64,000 nt of DNA. It comes from an uncultured delta proteobacterium. GTDB taxonomy: Bacteria > Myxococcota > Myxococcia > Myxococcales > Anaeromyxobacteraceae. This document shows, piece by piece, positions 9,383 to 21,371 of the stretch. Both the position numbers and the translations under genes were made by a program. The notes below the pieces were generated by a model. It searched no databases, was not told the origin of the DNA, and saw only the letters and a list, made by a program, of their open reading frames with translations. The DNA is taken from assembly GCA_963766715.1 (NCBI GenBank), contig CAVYBH010000012.1, positions 96,001-160,000 of the forward strand, in the 5' to 3' direction. Position 1 is the first letter of the stretch. Each line of letters opens with the position of its first letter.

Positions 9383-12300
9383 TCAGGCGGAGGCGCCCCC
9401 CGCCCTTCCGGGCCAGACCAGCCGGCGAGCCACGGGGCGCTCCTTCAGGTAGAGCGCGAGGCCGCCGAGGATGCCCAGGGCCGGGATCACCAGCGTGGCG
9501 ACGAGCATCATCCTCGGCCACTCGGTGTAGATGGCCGCGGCCCCGACGAGCAGGAGCGCCAGCCAGCCCAGCTGCTGCACCGACGTGAAGATCCGCAGCC
9601 GGCGGAGCCGCACCGGGTCGAGCGGCTCGAGCCGTTCCCAGAGGACCTGCTCCTGGCGCCAGTAGGTGTAGACCACCGGGATGATCTCCAGGGTCAGGAA
9701 GGCCGAGGTGATGAGGCCTCCGACCATGGGCGCCGCGATGCGCTTCATCACGTCGGCGCCGGATCCGGTGGCCCAGAGGAGGGGAAGCAACCCGACCAGC
9801 ATGGTCCCCACGGTCATCAGCTTGGGGCGCACCCGCATCACCGTGCCCTCCATGTGGGCCCAGATGATGTCGTCGAGGTCGCGGATCTTGCCGGCCTGCC
9901 GGCGCCGCTCGTAGGCCGTGTCGATGTAGACGATCATCACGATGCCGGTCTGCGCGGCCAGGCCGACCAGCGCGATGATCCCCACCCAGACCGCCGTCGA
10001 GAGCCGGTAGTCGAGGAGCCAGAGCAGCCAGACGCTCCCCACCAGCGCGAACGGGATGGAGAGGAGGACGATGAGCACCTCGGTCACGTTCCGGAAGTGG
10101 AAGAGCAGGAGGGCGATGATGATGACGAGGGTGAGCGGGATGACGACGCGCAGCCGCTCGTTCATCTTCTCGAGCAGCTCGTATTGCCCGGTCCACTTGA
10201 GGAAGTAGCCGGGGGGCACCGCGAAGCCGCCGGCCCGGGTCGCCTCGTCGACCTCCTCCCGCGCGTGGGCCACGTAGCCGCCGATGTCCACCGACGGATC
10301 CACGTCCACGTAGACGTAGCCGACGAGCAGGCCGCCCTCGTCGCGGAGCATCGGCGGGCCGCCCACGATGCGGATGTCGGCCACCTGCCCGAGCGGGACG
10401 AAGCCGGCGCTCCCGGCGGTGGCGCCGGAGGGCTGCCCGCGGGCGCCCAGCGGCAGGTCCTGCACGCGGGGCATGGCCTGGGACCAGTCGAGCGCCGGGG
10501 CGTCGCTCGCCGTTCCACGAGGCGGGGCGGTCTTGGGCCGTCCGCCGCCCTCGCCGCCCATCTGGGCGAGAAGCAGCTCCGGGATCCGCGCAGGCGTGGC
10601 GTCCCCCGAGCCGCCCATTCCCCCGCCGCCCCCGCCGCCGCGGCTGGCGCCGGGCAGGGGAACCAGGATCTCCTTGATGCGCTCGACGTCGCTGCGCAGG
10701 TCCTGCGGATAGCGGACGCTGATCGAGAACCGCGCACGGCCCTCGACCGTGGTGGTGACCGGCGCGCCGCCGATGGCGGCCTCGATGGTGCGCTGCACGT
10801 CCCCCACGGTGAGGCCACGCCGCGCCAGCGCCTCCCGGTTCGGGAAGATGTCGAGGTAGAGGCCGCCGGTGTTGCGCTCGTAGTAGACGCTGCGGGTGCC
10901 GGGAACGGGCGCGAGCAGCCGCTCCAGCGCCACGCCCATCTTCTCGATCTCGGCGAGGTCGCTGCCCATCACCTTCACCCCGACCGGCGTGCGCACCCCG
11001 GTGGTGAGCATGTCGATGCGGGCCCGGATGGGCATGGTGTAGGCGTTCGTCCAGCCCGGGAACTGGGTGGCCCGGTTCATCTCGCCGGTGAGCTCCTCCC
11101 AGGTGATGCGGCGCCGGTCGGGCCAGACGGGGCGCAGCACCGCCTGGACCCAGCCCGGCGCCCAGCGCGAGTACCAGCGAGGGTGGTCGACCATCCGCCA
11201 CTCGGCCATCGGCCGGAGGCGGACCGTGGTCTCCACCATGGTGATCGGGGCCGGGTCGGTGGCGGTCTCGCCGCGGCCCACCTTGCCGAAGACGCTCGCC
11301 ACCTCCGGGAAGCCCCGCAGCACGCGGTCCTGGCGCTGCAGCGCCCCCCGGGCCTCCTCGATGGAGATGCCCGGGAAGGTCGTGGGCATGAAGAGCACGT
11401 CGCCCTCGTTGAGCGGCGGCATGAACTCGCTGCCCAGCCGGATGGCGAGCGGGACCGCCGAGAGGATGGCGAGCAGCCCCAGCGCCACCGTCGTCTTGGG
11501 CCAGCGCAGCGCCACGAAGACGAACGGCTTGTACACCCGGATGATGGCCTTCGAGATGGGATGCTCCGACTCCGGCCGGATCTTGCCGCGCAGGAGCAGG
11601 TCCCGCAGCGCGGGCGCGAAGGTGATGGAGAGCACGGCGGCCGACAGCATCACGAAGGTCTTCGTGAAGGCGAGCGGCCGGAAGAGGCGGCCGGCCTGCC
11701 CGGTGAGGGTGAAGACCGGCAGGAAGCTCACCGCGATGATGAGCAGGGAGAAGAAGATGGCCGGCGTGACCTCGCGAGCCGCCTCGGCCAGGAGCTTGTG
11801 CCGGTCGGCCCCGGGCGGCGCGGACTCGAGCCGCTTGTGCGACGCCTCGATCATCACGATCTCGGCGTCCACCGTGGCGCCGATGGCGATGGCGATCCCG
11901 CCCAGGCTCATGATGGTGGCGGGGATGTCCAGCAGGTACATGGGGATGAAGGCCAGCGCCACGGCGATCGGGAGCGACAGCATCGGCAGGAGCGCCGACC
12001 GGACGTGGAGGAGGAAGATGAGGATCACCGCGGCCACGGTGAGCATCTCCTCGAGGAGCGCCCGCTTCAGCGTGTCGATGGAGCGGAGGATGAGGTCGGT
12101 CCGGTCGTAGGCGACCTCGGCGGTCACCCCCGGAGGGAATCCGGAGCGCAGCTCCTCGAGCCGCTTCTTGACCCGGTCCACCACCTCGAGGGTGTTCTCG
12201 CCGAAGCGCACCACCACGATGCCGCCCACCGCCTCGCCCTCGCCGTTCCAGTCGAGGGCGCCGCGGCGGATGTCGGGGCCGAAGCGCACCGAGCCCAGGT

Positions 12301-13084
12301 CGCGCAGGAGCACGGGGACGCCGGAGGGGCCGCTGGCCTTCACCGACGTCGAGGCCAGCGCGCCGATGTCCTGGATGTACCCGCGGCCGCGCACGTAGTA
12401 CTCGCGCCCGGACATCTCGATGACCCGCCCGCCCACGTCCTTGTTCGACTCGCGGACCGAGCGGACCACGTCCTCGAGCGTGACCCCGTACGCGCGGAGC
12501 CGGTTGGGGTCGACCGTGACCTGGTACTGCTTCTGGTAGCCGCCGACGCTGGCCACCTCGGCGACGCCGGGCACGCTGCCGAGCGCATAGCGCAGCGAGA
12601 AGTCCTGGAAGGTGCGCAGCTCGTCGATCGAGGTCTTCCCGCTCTTGTCGACGAGCGTGTACTGGAAGGCCCAGCCGATGCCGGTCGCGTCGGGGCCGAG
12701 CGTGGGCACGACGCCGTCGGGAAGCCGCCCGCGCAGCGTGCCGAGCATCTCGTTCACGCGGCTGCGGGCCCAGTACATGTCGGTGCCCTCGTCGAAGATC
12801 ACGTAGACGAAGGACATGCCGAACATCGAGTAGCCGCGGACGTCCACGACCTTGGGGGACGAGATGAGCGCCGAGACCACCGGGTAGGTGACCTGGTCCT
12901 CGATGAGGGTGGGGCTGCGCCCCATCCACTCGGTGAAGACGATGACCTGCGGGTCGGTCAGGTCGGGGATGGCGTCGATCTTGGTCCGGGAGATGGACCA
13001 GGCCGCCCCCAGCGTGGCGATGGCCACGCCGGCGAGCACGACGAGCCGGTTGCGGGCGCAGAACTCGATGATTCGCGAGACCAT
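9383..13084 (-). CDS. cusA: CusA-family heavy-metal (Cu+/Ag+) RND efflux permease
   Basis: IDAIPDLTDPQVIVFTEWMG, SLGGIAIAIGATVDA, FMPPLNEG; Met residues matching the CusA triad (FMPTT, ITMVET, RIDMLTTG); RVRPKLMT. Confidence 0.95.
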   Translation of the reverse strand: MVSRIIEFCARNRLVVLAGVAIATLGAAWSISRTKIDAIPDLTDPQVIVFTEWMGRSPTLIEDQVTYPVVSALISSPKVVDVRGYSMFGMSFVYVIFDEGTDMYWARSRVNEMLGTLRGRLPDGVVPTLGPDATGIGWAFQYTLVDKSGKTSIDELRTFQDFSLRYALGSVPGVAEVASVGGYQKQYQVTVDPNRLRAYGVTLEDVVRSVRESNKDVGGRVIEMSGREYYVRGRGYIQDIGALASTSVKASGPSGVPVLLRDLGSVRFGPDIRRGALDWNGEGEAVGGIVVVRFGENTLEVVDRVKKRLEELRSGFPPGVTAEVAYDRTDLILRSIDTLKRALLEEMLTVAAVILIFLLHVRSALLPMLSLPIAVALAFIPMYLLDIPATIMSLGGIAIAIGATVDAEIVMIEASHKRLESAPPGADRHKLLAEAAREVTPAIFFSLLIIAVSFLPVFTLTGQAGRLFRPLAFTKTFVMLSAAVLSITFAPALRDLLLRGKIRPESEHPISKAIIRVYKPFVFVALRWPKTTVALGLLAILSAVPLAIRLGSEFMPPLNEGDVLFMPTTFPGISIEEARGALQRQDRVLRGFPEVASVFGKVGRGETATDPAPITMVETTVRLRPMAEWRMVDHPRWYSRWAPGWVQAVLRPVWPDRRRITWEELTGEMNRATQFPGWTNAYTMPIRARIDMLTTGVRTPVGVKVMGSDLAEIEKMGVALERLLAPVPGTRSVYYERNTGGLYLDIFPNREALARRGLTVGDVQRTIEAAIGGAPVTTTVEGRARFSISVRYPQDLRSDVERIKEILVPLPGASRGGGGGGGMGGSGDATPARIPELLLAQMGGEGGGRPKTAPPRGTASDAPALDWSQAMPRVQDLPLGARGQPSGATAGSAGFVPLGQVADIRIVGGPPMLRDEGGLLVGYVYVDVDPSVDIGGYVAHAREEVDEATRAGGFAVPPGYFLKWTGQYELLEKMNERLRVVIPLTLVIIIALLLFHFRNVTEVLIVLLSIPFALVGSVWLLWLLDYRLSTAVWVGIIALVGLAAQTGIVMIVYIDTAYERRRQAGKIRDLDDIIWAHMEGTVMRVRPKLMTVGTMLVGLLPLLWATGSGADVMKRIAAPMVGGLITSAFLTLEIIPVVYTYWRQEQVLWERLEPLDPVRLRRLRIFTSVQQLGWLALLLVGAAAIYTEWPRMMLVATLVIPALGILGGLALYLKERPVARRLVWPGRAGGASA

Positions 13085-13093
13085 GGACGCCCC

Positions 13094-14573
13094 CTACTTC
13101 CCGCCGAAGCCCTGGATGGCCGCGCGAAGCCGGCTCTCCGAGTCGATGAGGAAGTTGGCGGTCGTGACCACCGTCTCGCCGGGGTGGAGTCCCCGGAGGA
13201 TCTGCACCTTCTCGGCCGTCCGCGCACCCACGGTCACGGGGCGGGGCTCGAAGCGCCCCCCGGGCAGGACCACGAAGACGTACTGGGCCTCGCCGGTGTC
13301 CACGAGCGCCTCGGCGGGGATGGTCACGCCCTCGCTGGTGCCGAGGTCGAGGATGACGTCGGCGTACATGCCCGGCCGGAGCTCGCCCTTGGCGTTCGGG
13401 ACCAGGATGCGGGCCTGCATCGTCCGGCTGGTCGGGTTCACCGCGGGATAGAGGAAGGAGAGCTTGCCGGTGAAGCTGCGCCCGGGGAGCGCCTGGAGGG
13501 TGAGCGAGGCCCGCTGCCCGATGCGGATCCGGCCGATGTCGGCCTCGTACACGTCGGCGAGCACCCAGACGTTGGCCAGGTTCGCGATCTCGTAGAGCTC
13601 CTGCCCCGGGGAGACGAAGGCGCCGACCTGCGCCGTGCGCTTGCCCACGTACCCGTCGATGGGCGCCCGGATGGTCATCGATTCGAGCGGGCGCTTGCGC
13701 GCCTCGAGCTCGGCGATGTCCTCCGGCGCTGAATCCCAGGAGCACGAGCCGCAGCCGGGCGTCTCCCTCGAGGGTCTGGATGGCCTGCTGCTGCTGGGCG
13801 GCGGTCTGGTCGCGCGTCCACTTGATGGCGTTCAGGTAGTTGAGCTGGGGCGCGAGGAGGTCCGGGCTGTAGAGGCGCGCGAGCGGCTGCCGCTTCTTCA
13901 CCCGCTCGCCGGTCTGCGAGACGAACAGCTGCTCGACCCACCCGGTGATCCGGCTCGACACCACGGCGGTGGCGCCCTCGTCCGGCGTCACCATCCCCAC
14001 CGTCCGCAGGGTGGGCGAGAGCTTCTCCAGGACGGCCGGCGCCGTTCGCATGCCGATGAGCTGCTGCCGGTCCGCGCCCACCTCGACGTTCGTCAGGCCG
14101 GGGACCTGCTCGCGCGGGATGAGCTTCATGCCCCCGCACTTGTCGCAGATGGCGTTCGGGTCGTCGCTCGAGACCTCGGGGTGCATCGGACACCAGTACT
14201 TGCCGGCGCTCCCCTTGGCCGGCGTCGCCCCGTGGTCGTGGCCGTCGCCGGCCTTCGCGGCGCTGCCCGTGTTGCCCAGGCTGGCGATGGCGACGAGGTC
14301 CATTCCGCAGATGGGACAGCTGCCGGCGCGCTCGGAGAGCACCGAGGGGTGCATGGGGCACACGTACTTGGCCTCGGAGCGCTCCGTGGCCTCGTGGCCG
14401 GTCCGCGCGAAGTAGACCCACGCCGAGGCGGCCACCACGGCCATGAGCGCGATGAGCCCCCAGCGGACGATCGCCATCGTGCGCACGCCGGGCGGAGCCG
14501 CCTCCTTCCCCTCGGGGAGGGGTTCGTGGGGGGCGTCGTCCTGGCCCGGGTGCTTCGAGTCGCCGTTGCTCAT
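13094..14573 (-). CDS. cusB: CusB-like RND periplasmic adaptor with two CPMHP metal-binding domains (frameshift ~13720)
   Basis: YVCPMHP..CPICGMDL and YWCPMHP..CDKCGGMKL; LYSPDLL, IRAPIDG, LRPGMY, FLIDSESRL. Confidence 0.9.
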
Positions 14574-14749
14574 GAATCACTCCCCGCCGCCCGGGTCCGC
14601 GGAAGCCGCATGTCGAAGCGCACGGCGAACAGCATATCCCCGGATCGGCGAACCGGGCTCTCCGCGGCGCTCACTTCCGGCCTCCGACCCGCCAGGGCCC
14701 TTGCCCCGACCCGGCCCCGGCTGTCAGCGCCGCGTGCTACTGCGACGCG

Positions 14750-16496
14750 GTGACGGCGCCGGCGAAGCGATGGGTCGAGGTCGAGGGAGGCGGGGACGAG
14801 GCGGCGACCGCCCGGCTCGCCCGGACCCTCTCCATCCATCCGCTGGCCGCCCGGGTGCTGGCCACGCGCGGCCTGGCCGACCCGGCCGACGCCGGACGGT
14901 TCCTCTCGCCCCGCCTCGAGGACCTCCCCGATCCCTTCACGATGAAGGGCATGGAGGCGGCGGTGACGCGCCTCGTCCGGGCGGTCGAGGGCGGGGAGCG
15001 GATCGCCTGCTACGGCGACTACGACGTCGACGGGGTCACCTCGACCACGCTCCTCTCCGGCTTCCTCCGCTCGGCCGGGGCCGAGGTCGTCACCTACGTG
15101 CCCCACCGCCTGGTGGAGGGCTACGGGCTGAACGGCGCGGCGGTGCAGCGGCTGGCGGGGGAGGGGGTGCGCCTCCTCGTCACCCTCGACTGCGGCATCA
15201 CCAGCGTCGCGGAGGTGGCCGAGGCCACCCGGCTGGGCGTGGACGTGGTGGTGGTGGACCACCACACGGTCCCCGTGGAGCTCCCTGCCGCGGCCGCCAT
15301 CCTGAACCCGCACCAGCCCGGCTGCGCCTACCCGTCGAAGCACCTGGCCGCGGTCGGCGTGACCTTCAACCTCGCCATGGCGCTCCGGCGCAGGCTCCGC
15401 GAGCGCGGCCGCTTCGGTCCCGACCCGGCCCGAGCCGAACCTCCGGGAGGCGCTCGACCTGGTGGCCCTGGGGACGGTGGCCGACGTGGTCCCGCTCGTC
15501 GAGGTGAACCGCACGCTCGTGCGCTTCGGCCTCGCCGAGATTGGGAAGGCGCGTCGCCCCGGGGTCCGGTCCCTCCTCCGCGTGGCCGGCGTCGCCACCG
15601 GTGAGGTCAGCGCGTCGCAGGTCGGGTTCCGGCTCGCGCCGCGCATCAACGCCGCGGGCCGGCTCGACGACGCCGGGCGAGGCGTGCGGCTCCTGTCCAC
15701 GGCCGATCCGGCCGCGGCCGACGCGCTCGCCGAGGAGCTCGACCGGGAGAACCGGGCCCGCCAGGAGATCGAGCGGCAGATCCTCGAGGAGGCCCTCGCC
15801 GACGCCGCGGCGTGCGTCGCGGCCGGTGCGCGCGGGCTCGTGCTCTCCCGGCCCGGGTGGCACCCCGGGGTGGTGGGCATCGTCGCCTCCCGGGTGGTGG
15901 AGCGGTTCCACCGGCCGGCCGTCCTGGTGGGCGTGGCCGACGGCGTCGGGAAGGGGAGCGGACGCAGCATCGAGCGGTTCCACCTCCACGACGCGCTGTC
16001 CGCCTGCTCCGGGTTCCTGCTCCGGTTCGGCGGCCACAAGCACGCGGCCGGCGTCACCATCGACCCGCAGGCCATCCCCGCGTTCCGGGAGGCCTTCGAG
16101 CGGCACGCCGCCTCCGTGCTGCGCGACGAGGACCTCGTCCCCCGCACGCGAATCGAGGGCTGGATCGACGGCGCCCTGCTCGACGAGCGGGCCGCCACCG
16201 ATCTGGAGCGGCTGGCGCCGTTCGGCGCCGGCAACCCGGAGCCGGTCTTCGGGCTGCGGGCACGCCCCTCGCGGGCGCGGCAGGTGGGCGCCGCCGGCGT
16301 GCACCTGAAGCTGGTGCTGGCCGACCGGGACGCCATCGCGTTCCAGCTCGGCGACCGGATCGGGCTCTGCGGCGCCCCGGTGGAGGCCGCCGTCTCGATC
16401 GGCTTCGACGACTGGGACGGGATGCGGCGCCTGCAGCTCCGGGTGCGCGACCTGAGGGCCGCAGCCGAGGCCCCGATGGCCGCCGCCGGGGCGTGA
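14750..16496 (+). CDS. recJ: ssDNA exonuclease RecJ (frameshift ~15425)
   Basis: [63 protein letters not shown]. Confidence 0.95.
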
Positions 16497-16569
16497 TTCG
16501 CGCCTTGACGCATTGCGTTCAGCGGTGTTACCCAGCAAGGTTCCTCAGAGATTCCGCCGGGAGGCACGC

Positions 16570-18386
16570 GTGCCGCGTTTCATCACCGATATCAAGCGCA
16601 CCCACAGCTGTGGCCAGCTGACCCAGGACGACGTCGGCAAGGAAGTCGTCCTCTTCGGCTGGGTGAACAACCGCCGGGATCACGGCGGCGCCATCTTCAT
16701 CGACATGCGCGACCGGGAAGGGCGTCACCCAGGTGGTGTTCGAGGAGGACGTGCGGCCCGAGGTCCACGAGGTCGCCGAGAAGCTTCGCCTCGAGTACTG
16801 CGTGGGCATCCGCGGCAAGGTGGTCTCGCGCGGCTCGAACGTGAACCCCCGCCTCAAGACCGGCGCCATCGAGGTCCACGGCACCGAGGTCGAGATCTTC
16901 AACCGGTCCGAGTCGACGCCCTTCCCGATCGAGGACCAGATCGACACCGCCGAGGAGAAGCGGCTCCAGTTCCGCTACCTCGACCTGCGCCGGGCCCCGC
17001 TGCAGAAGACCCTCATGACGCGGGCCCGGGTGAACCACCTCACCCGCAACTACTTCACCGACACGGGGTTCCTCGAGCTCGAGACCCCCTTCATGGTGAA
17101 GTACACGCCGGGCGGGGCGCGCAACTTCCTCGTCCCCAGCCGCCTCAACCCCGGCAAGTTCTACGCGCTGGCCGAGAGCCCGCAGCTCTTCAAGCAGCTC
17201 TACATGATCGCCGGATTCGATCGGTACTTCCAGATCGTCCGCTGCTTCCGCGACGAGGACCTGCGCCTCGACCGGCAGCCCGAGTTCACCCAGATCGACG
17301 TGGAGATGAGCTTCGTCGAGCAGAACGACATCTTCGACGTCATCGAGGGGCTGGTCACCCGCCTCTGGAAGGAGGTCCTCGGGGTCGAGATCCCGCGCCC
17401 CTTCCGGCGCATGCCCTTCGACGAGTCGATGGCCAAGTACGGCAACGACAAGCCCGACCTGCGCTTCGGCATGGAGCACGTGGTCCTCACCGACCTCGTG
17501 GCGAAGCACGGCGGCGGCGGCGTGCCCCTCATGAAGGACGCCGTCGACTCGGGCGGGATCGTGAAGGGCATGAAGGTCCCTGCCTCGGCCAGCTTCTCGC
17601 GCACCGAGATCGACAAGCTGGAGGAGTACGTGAAGGGCATGGGCTCGAAGGGGCTGGCCCGCGCCAAGGTCGGGGAGGGCGGGCGAGTGGACCCAGTCCC
17701 CCTTCGCCAAGACCATCACGCCCGAGATGCGACTCGCGGTGAACGCCGCGCTGGGCGCCGGGCCCGGGGACCTGATCCTCTTCCAGTTCGGCAAGCCCTC
17801 CACGGTGCACACCGTGATGGCCAACCTCCGCGTGCACCTGGCCAAGAAGATGGGGCTCATCCCCGAGTACGGCTCGGGCGGGAACTGGAACTTCCTCTGG
17901 GTCGTCGACCCGCCGCTCTTCGAGTACGACGAGGAGGCGGGCACCTGGGCCGCCGCGCACCACGCCTTCACGCGCCCCCGCGACCAGGACCTGCCGTACC
18001 TGGAATCCGACCCGGGCAAGGTCTACTGCTGGCGGTACGACCTGGTGCTGAACGGCTTCGAGATCGGCGGCGGCTCGATCCGGCTCCACGACCCCGAGGT
18101 GCAGGCGCGCGTCTTCCGCGCCATGGGCATCTCCGACGAGGACGCCCGGAGCAAGTTCGGCTTCCTCCTCGACGCGCTCAAGATGGGCGCGCCCCCGCAC
18201 GGCGGCATCGCGCTCGGCATGGACCGCCTGGTGATGCTGCTCACCGGGGCCGAGTCGCTGCGGGACGTGGTGGCCTGGCCCAAGACCCAGAAGGGCACCG
18301 ACCTCATGACCGGGGCGCCCGGCGACGCCGACGCCAAGCAGCTCCGCGAGCTCTCGGTGAAGAGCACCGTCGAGCAGGGGAAGTAG
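16570..18386 (+). CDS. aspS: Aspartyl-tRNA synthetase (frameshifts ~16720 and ~17680)
   Basis: [63 protein letters not shown]. Confidence 0.97.
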
Positions 18387-18396
18387 CCCGGCTTCC

Positions 18397-20053
18397 ATGG
18401 CGGGGCCGGGAAGCCACCAGGTCTTCGACGTCGTCGTCCTGGGCGGCGGCGTGAACGGGGCCGGCGTGGCGCGCGACTGCGCCATGCGCGGGCTGTCGGT
18501 CCTGCTCCTCGAGAAGCAGGATCTGGCGAGCCGGCGCCAGCGGCGCCAGCTCGGGCATGATCCACGGCGGCATCCGGTACATGACGAGCGACCGGAAGGT
18601 CACCGCGCTCGCGTCGCGGGACGCCGGCTACATCCGCCGCATCGCGCCCCATCTCACCTTCCGCATCCCGTTCCTGCTGCCCTTCGCGACCCATCGCGAG
18701 GAGGCGACGCTCCTCGATCGCCTCGCCTGGTACGCCACCGAGGTCTACGTCGGGACCTACGACCTCTTCCAGCCGCTCAAGGGAGGGAAGCCCTCGACGC
18801 GCCTGACCGCCGAGGAGCTCTACGCGGTCGAGCCGTCGCTGCGGCCCGGGCTCCACGGCGCCGTCACCCTCGACGAGTGGGGCATCGACGGCCAGCGCCT
18901 CTGCCTGCTGAACGCGCTCTCCGCCGCGGCGCACGGCGCGGAGGTGCGCACCTGGACGGAGGCCACCGGCATCGTCCGGGAGGCGGGGCGGGTGGTCGCC
19001 GTCCGGTGGCGCGACGCGCTGACCGGCGAGCACGGCGAGGCCCGCGCCGGCGTGGTGGTGAACGCCACCGGGGGCTGGTCGCCGCGCTGGGGCAAGGCGA
19101 ACGGCGTGGCGGTGCCCATGCGGCCAGGGAAGGGCGTGCACCTCTCCCTCGACCGGCGCCATGGCAACTACGGGATCATCTGCACCGCCGTCGACGGCCG
19201 GCAGATGTTCCTCATGCCCCACGAGATGGAGTCGATCATCGGGACCACCGACGACGACTACTACGGGGACCCGGACGACCTCGACGCCACGGCCGAGGAG
19301 GTCGAGTACCTGATCGAGGGCGTGGCCTCGCTCGTTCCCTCGGTGCGCCAGGCGCGCATCACCCGGGCCTGGTGGGGCGTGCGCACCACGCTCTTCGAGT
19401 ACGGCGTCGAGGAGGACGACCTGTCCCGCGACCACCGCATCCTCGACCACGCCGCGGAGGGCGCGGCCGGCCTGCTCTCCTTCGTCGGAGGCAAGCTGGC
19501 GAGCTTCCGGGCCCAGTCCGAGGACGTCACCGATCGCGCCGTGGCGATGCTCGGCAAGGCGGTCCTGCCCTGCCGCACCCACGAGGAGCCGCTCCCGGGC
19601 GGCGACGAGGTGCCGGCGCCGGGCGACCTGGCCCGGGAGCACGGGATCGCCGAGGCCATCGCGGCGCGCCTCGTCTACCGGCACGGATCGCTGGCGCGCG
19701 AGGTCCTGCGGGTGGCGGACGACGACCCGCGCATGAAGCTCGTCGTCTGCCGGGACGAGGGGATCATCGCCGCCGAGGTGGCCTGGATCGCCCGGCACGA
19801 GATGGTGCGCCGGCTCCAGGACCTCCGGCACCGGTGCCGGCTGGCGGTGGGCGGCTGCGGCGGGCTCGACTGCGCCCGGCCGGCCGCCCAGGTGGCGGCC
19901 CGCGAGCTGGGGTGGGACGCGGACCAGCTCCGCGCCGAGCTGGCCGACCTCCTCGAGGTGGGATGGCGGGAGCGGCGCCCGGTCCTCGACGGGTGGCAGC
20001 TCGCCGAGGAAGAGCTGCTCCGCGCCGTGCACCGCGGACTGGGAGGGCTCTAG
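18397..20053 (+). CDS. glpA: FAD-dependent glycerol-3-phosphate dehydrogenase, GlpA-type (frameshift ~18530)
   Basis: GGGVNGAGVARD, MIHGGIRY, VVNATGGW, GKGVH, IGTTD, GGKL and a C-terminal BFD-like Cys motif. Confidence 0.88.
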
Positions 20054-20057
20054 GGGC

Positions 20058-21371
20058 ATGGCGACGCCGAACCGGATCGAGACCGACGTGCTCGTCCTGG
20101 GCGGCGGCATGGCCGGCGCCACCGCCGCGCTGGCCGCGCGACAGTCCGGCGCCCGCGTGGTCGTCGTCCGCAAGGCCCCGGGGAGCACGGGACTCTGGGG
20201 AGGGGCCCTCTCGGTGGCGCAGGATCCCGCCTCGCTCCCGGACACCCCGTTCGCGGCGCGATCCGGCGTCGTCGAGTCGGCGCGGCGCATCGCCGCCACG
20301 CGCCCCGGCCACCCGTATCGCGTGCTGCGCTCCCGGCTCGACCGGCTCTGGAACGCCGTCGAGTTCGCCACCGGGCAGCTGTCGTCGGTGCTGGCGCCCC
20401 CGTCCGGGCGCAACCGGTGGCTGCTCACGCCGTTCGGCCACGCCCACGCCGCGGCGGCCTGCGCGAGCACCATGGCGGCGGGGGACCTCGCCGAGGTGCG
20501 GGGAACGCTCGTGGTCTGTGGATTCGAGGGGCACCTGGGCTGGGATCCGGGGCTCGTGGCGTCGGGCGCGGCGCGGGTGCGGGCCCTCGGCGCGCCGGAG
20601 GTGCGCGCGGTGCTGCTCGACCTCTTCCGCTGGGAGGACGGGGCGCTCGCTCGCCCCTTCGACCTGGCGCGGATGCTCGAGGCCCCGGGCGCGGCCGAGG
20701 AGGCGGGCCGGATCCTGCGCAAGGTCCTGCCGCGCGGCGCCGCCGCGGCCGTCTTCCCCCCGGTGCTGGGGCTCGACCTGGAGGCCCGCGTCCCGGAGCG
20801 GGTCGCCGCCGCGGCCGGCCTCCCCGTCGCCGAGATGCTCTCCGACCTGCCCAGCGTTCCGGGCCTCCGGCTCCACCGCGCCATCGAGGCGCGCCTCGCC
20901 GCAGCGGGGGTCGAGGTCCTCCAGGGAGAGATCCGGGGCGCGACCGGGCCCGACGTGCCTGCGGCGGTGGGCGGGCGCGAGGTGGTCGCGCGGAGCTGGG
21001 TCCTCGCCAGCGGCCGGTTCGTGGGCGGGGGCATCGAGCGGCGCGGCGCCCTGACGGAGAGCGCCCTGGGGCTGCCGGTGCTCGCGTCCGAGGGGCCGTT
21101 CGCCGATCCCTCGGTGCGGTTCGCCGGGCGGCCGCCGGCCAGCCTCACGCTCCGCGACAGCCGTTCCCCGCAGCCCCTGCTGGCCGCCGGACTGCGGGTC
21201 GACGAGCAGCTCCACCCCCTCGACGCCGAGGGGCGGGTCATCCACGAGCGGATCTTCGCCGCCGGCGCGGTCGTGGGCGGCCACGACCCCTCGTCCGACG
21301 GGACCGGGATGGGCGTGGCCATGTTCACCGGATGGATCGCCGGGCGAGCGGCGGCGGGGAGGGAGTCGTGA
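20058..21371 (+). CDS. glpB: Anaerobic glycerol-3-phosphate dehydrogenase subunit B
   Basis: GGGMAG, FPPVLG, EMLSDLPSVPGLRL, VLASGRFVGGGI, GLRVD, GTGMGVA. Confidence 0.88.
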   Translation: MATPNRIETDVLVLGGGMAGATAALAARQSGARVVVVRKAPGSTGLWGGALSVAQDPASLPDTPFAARSGVVESARRIAATRPGHPYRVLRSRLDRLWNAVEFATGQLSSVLAPPSGRNRWLLTPFGHAHAAAACASTMAAGDLAEVRGTLVVCGFEGHLGWDPGLVASGAARVRALGAPEVRAVLLDLFRWEDGALARPFDLARMLEAPGAAEEAGRILRKVLPRGAAAAVFPPVLGLDLEARVPERVAAAAGLPVAEMLSDLPSVPGLRLHRAIEARLAAAGVEVLQGEIRGATGPDVPAAVGGREVVARSWVLASGRFVGGGIERRGALTESALGLPVLASEGPFADPSVRFAGRPPASLTLRDSRSPQPLLAAGLRVDEQLHPLDAEGRVIHERIFAAGAVVGGHDPSSDGTGMGVAMFTGWIAGRAAAGRES

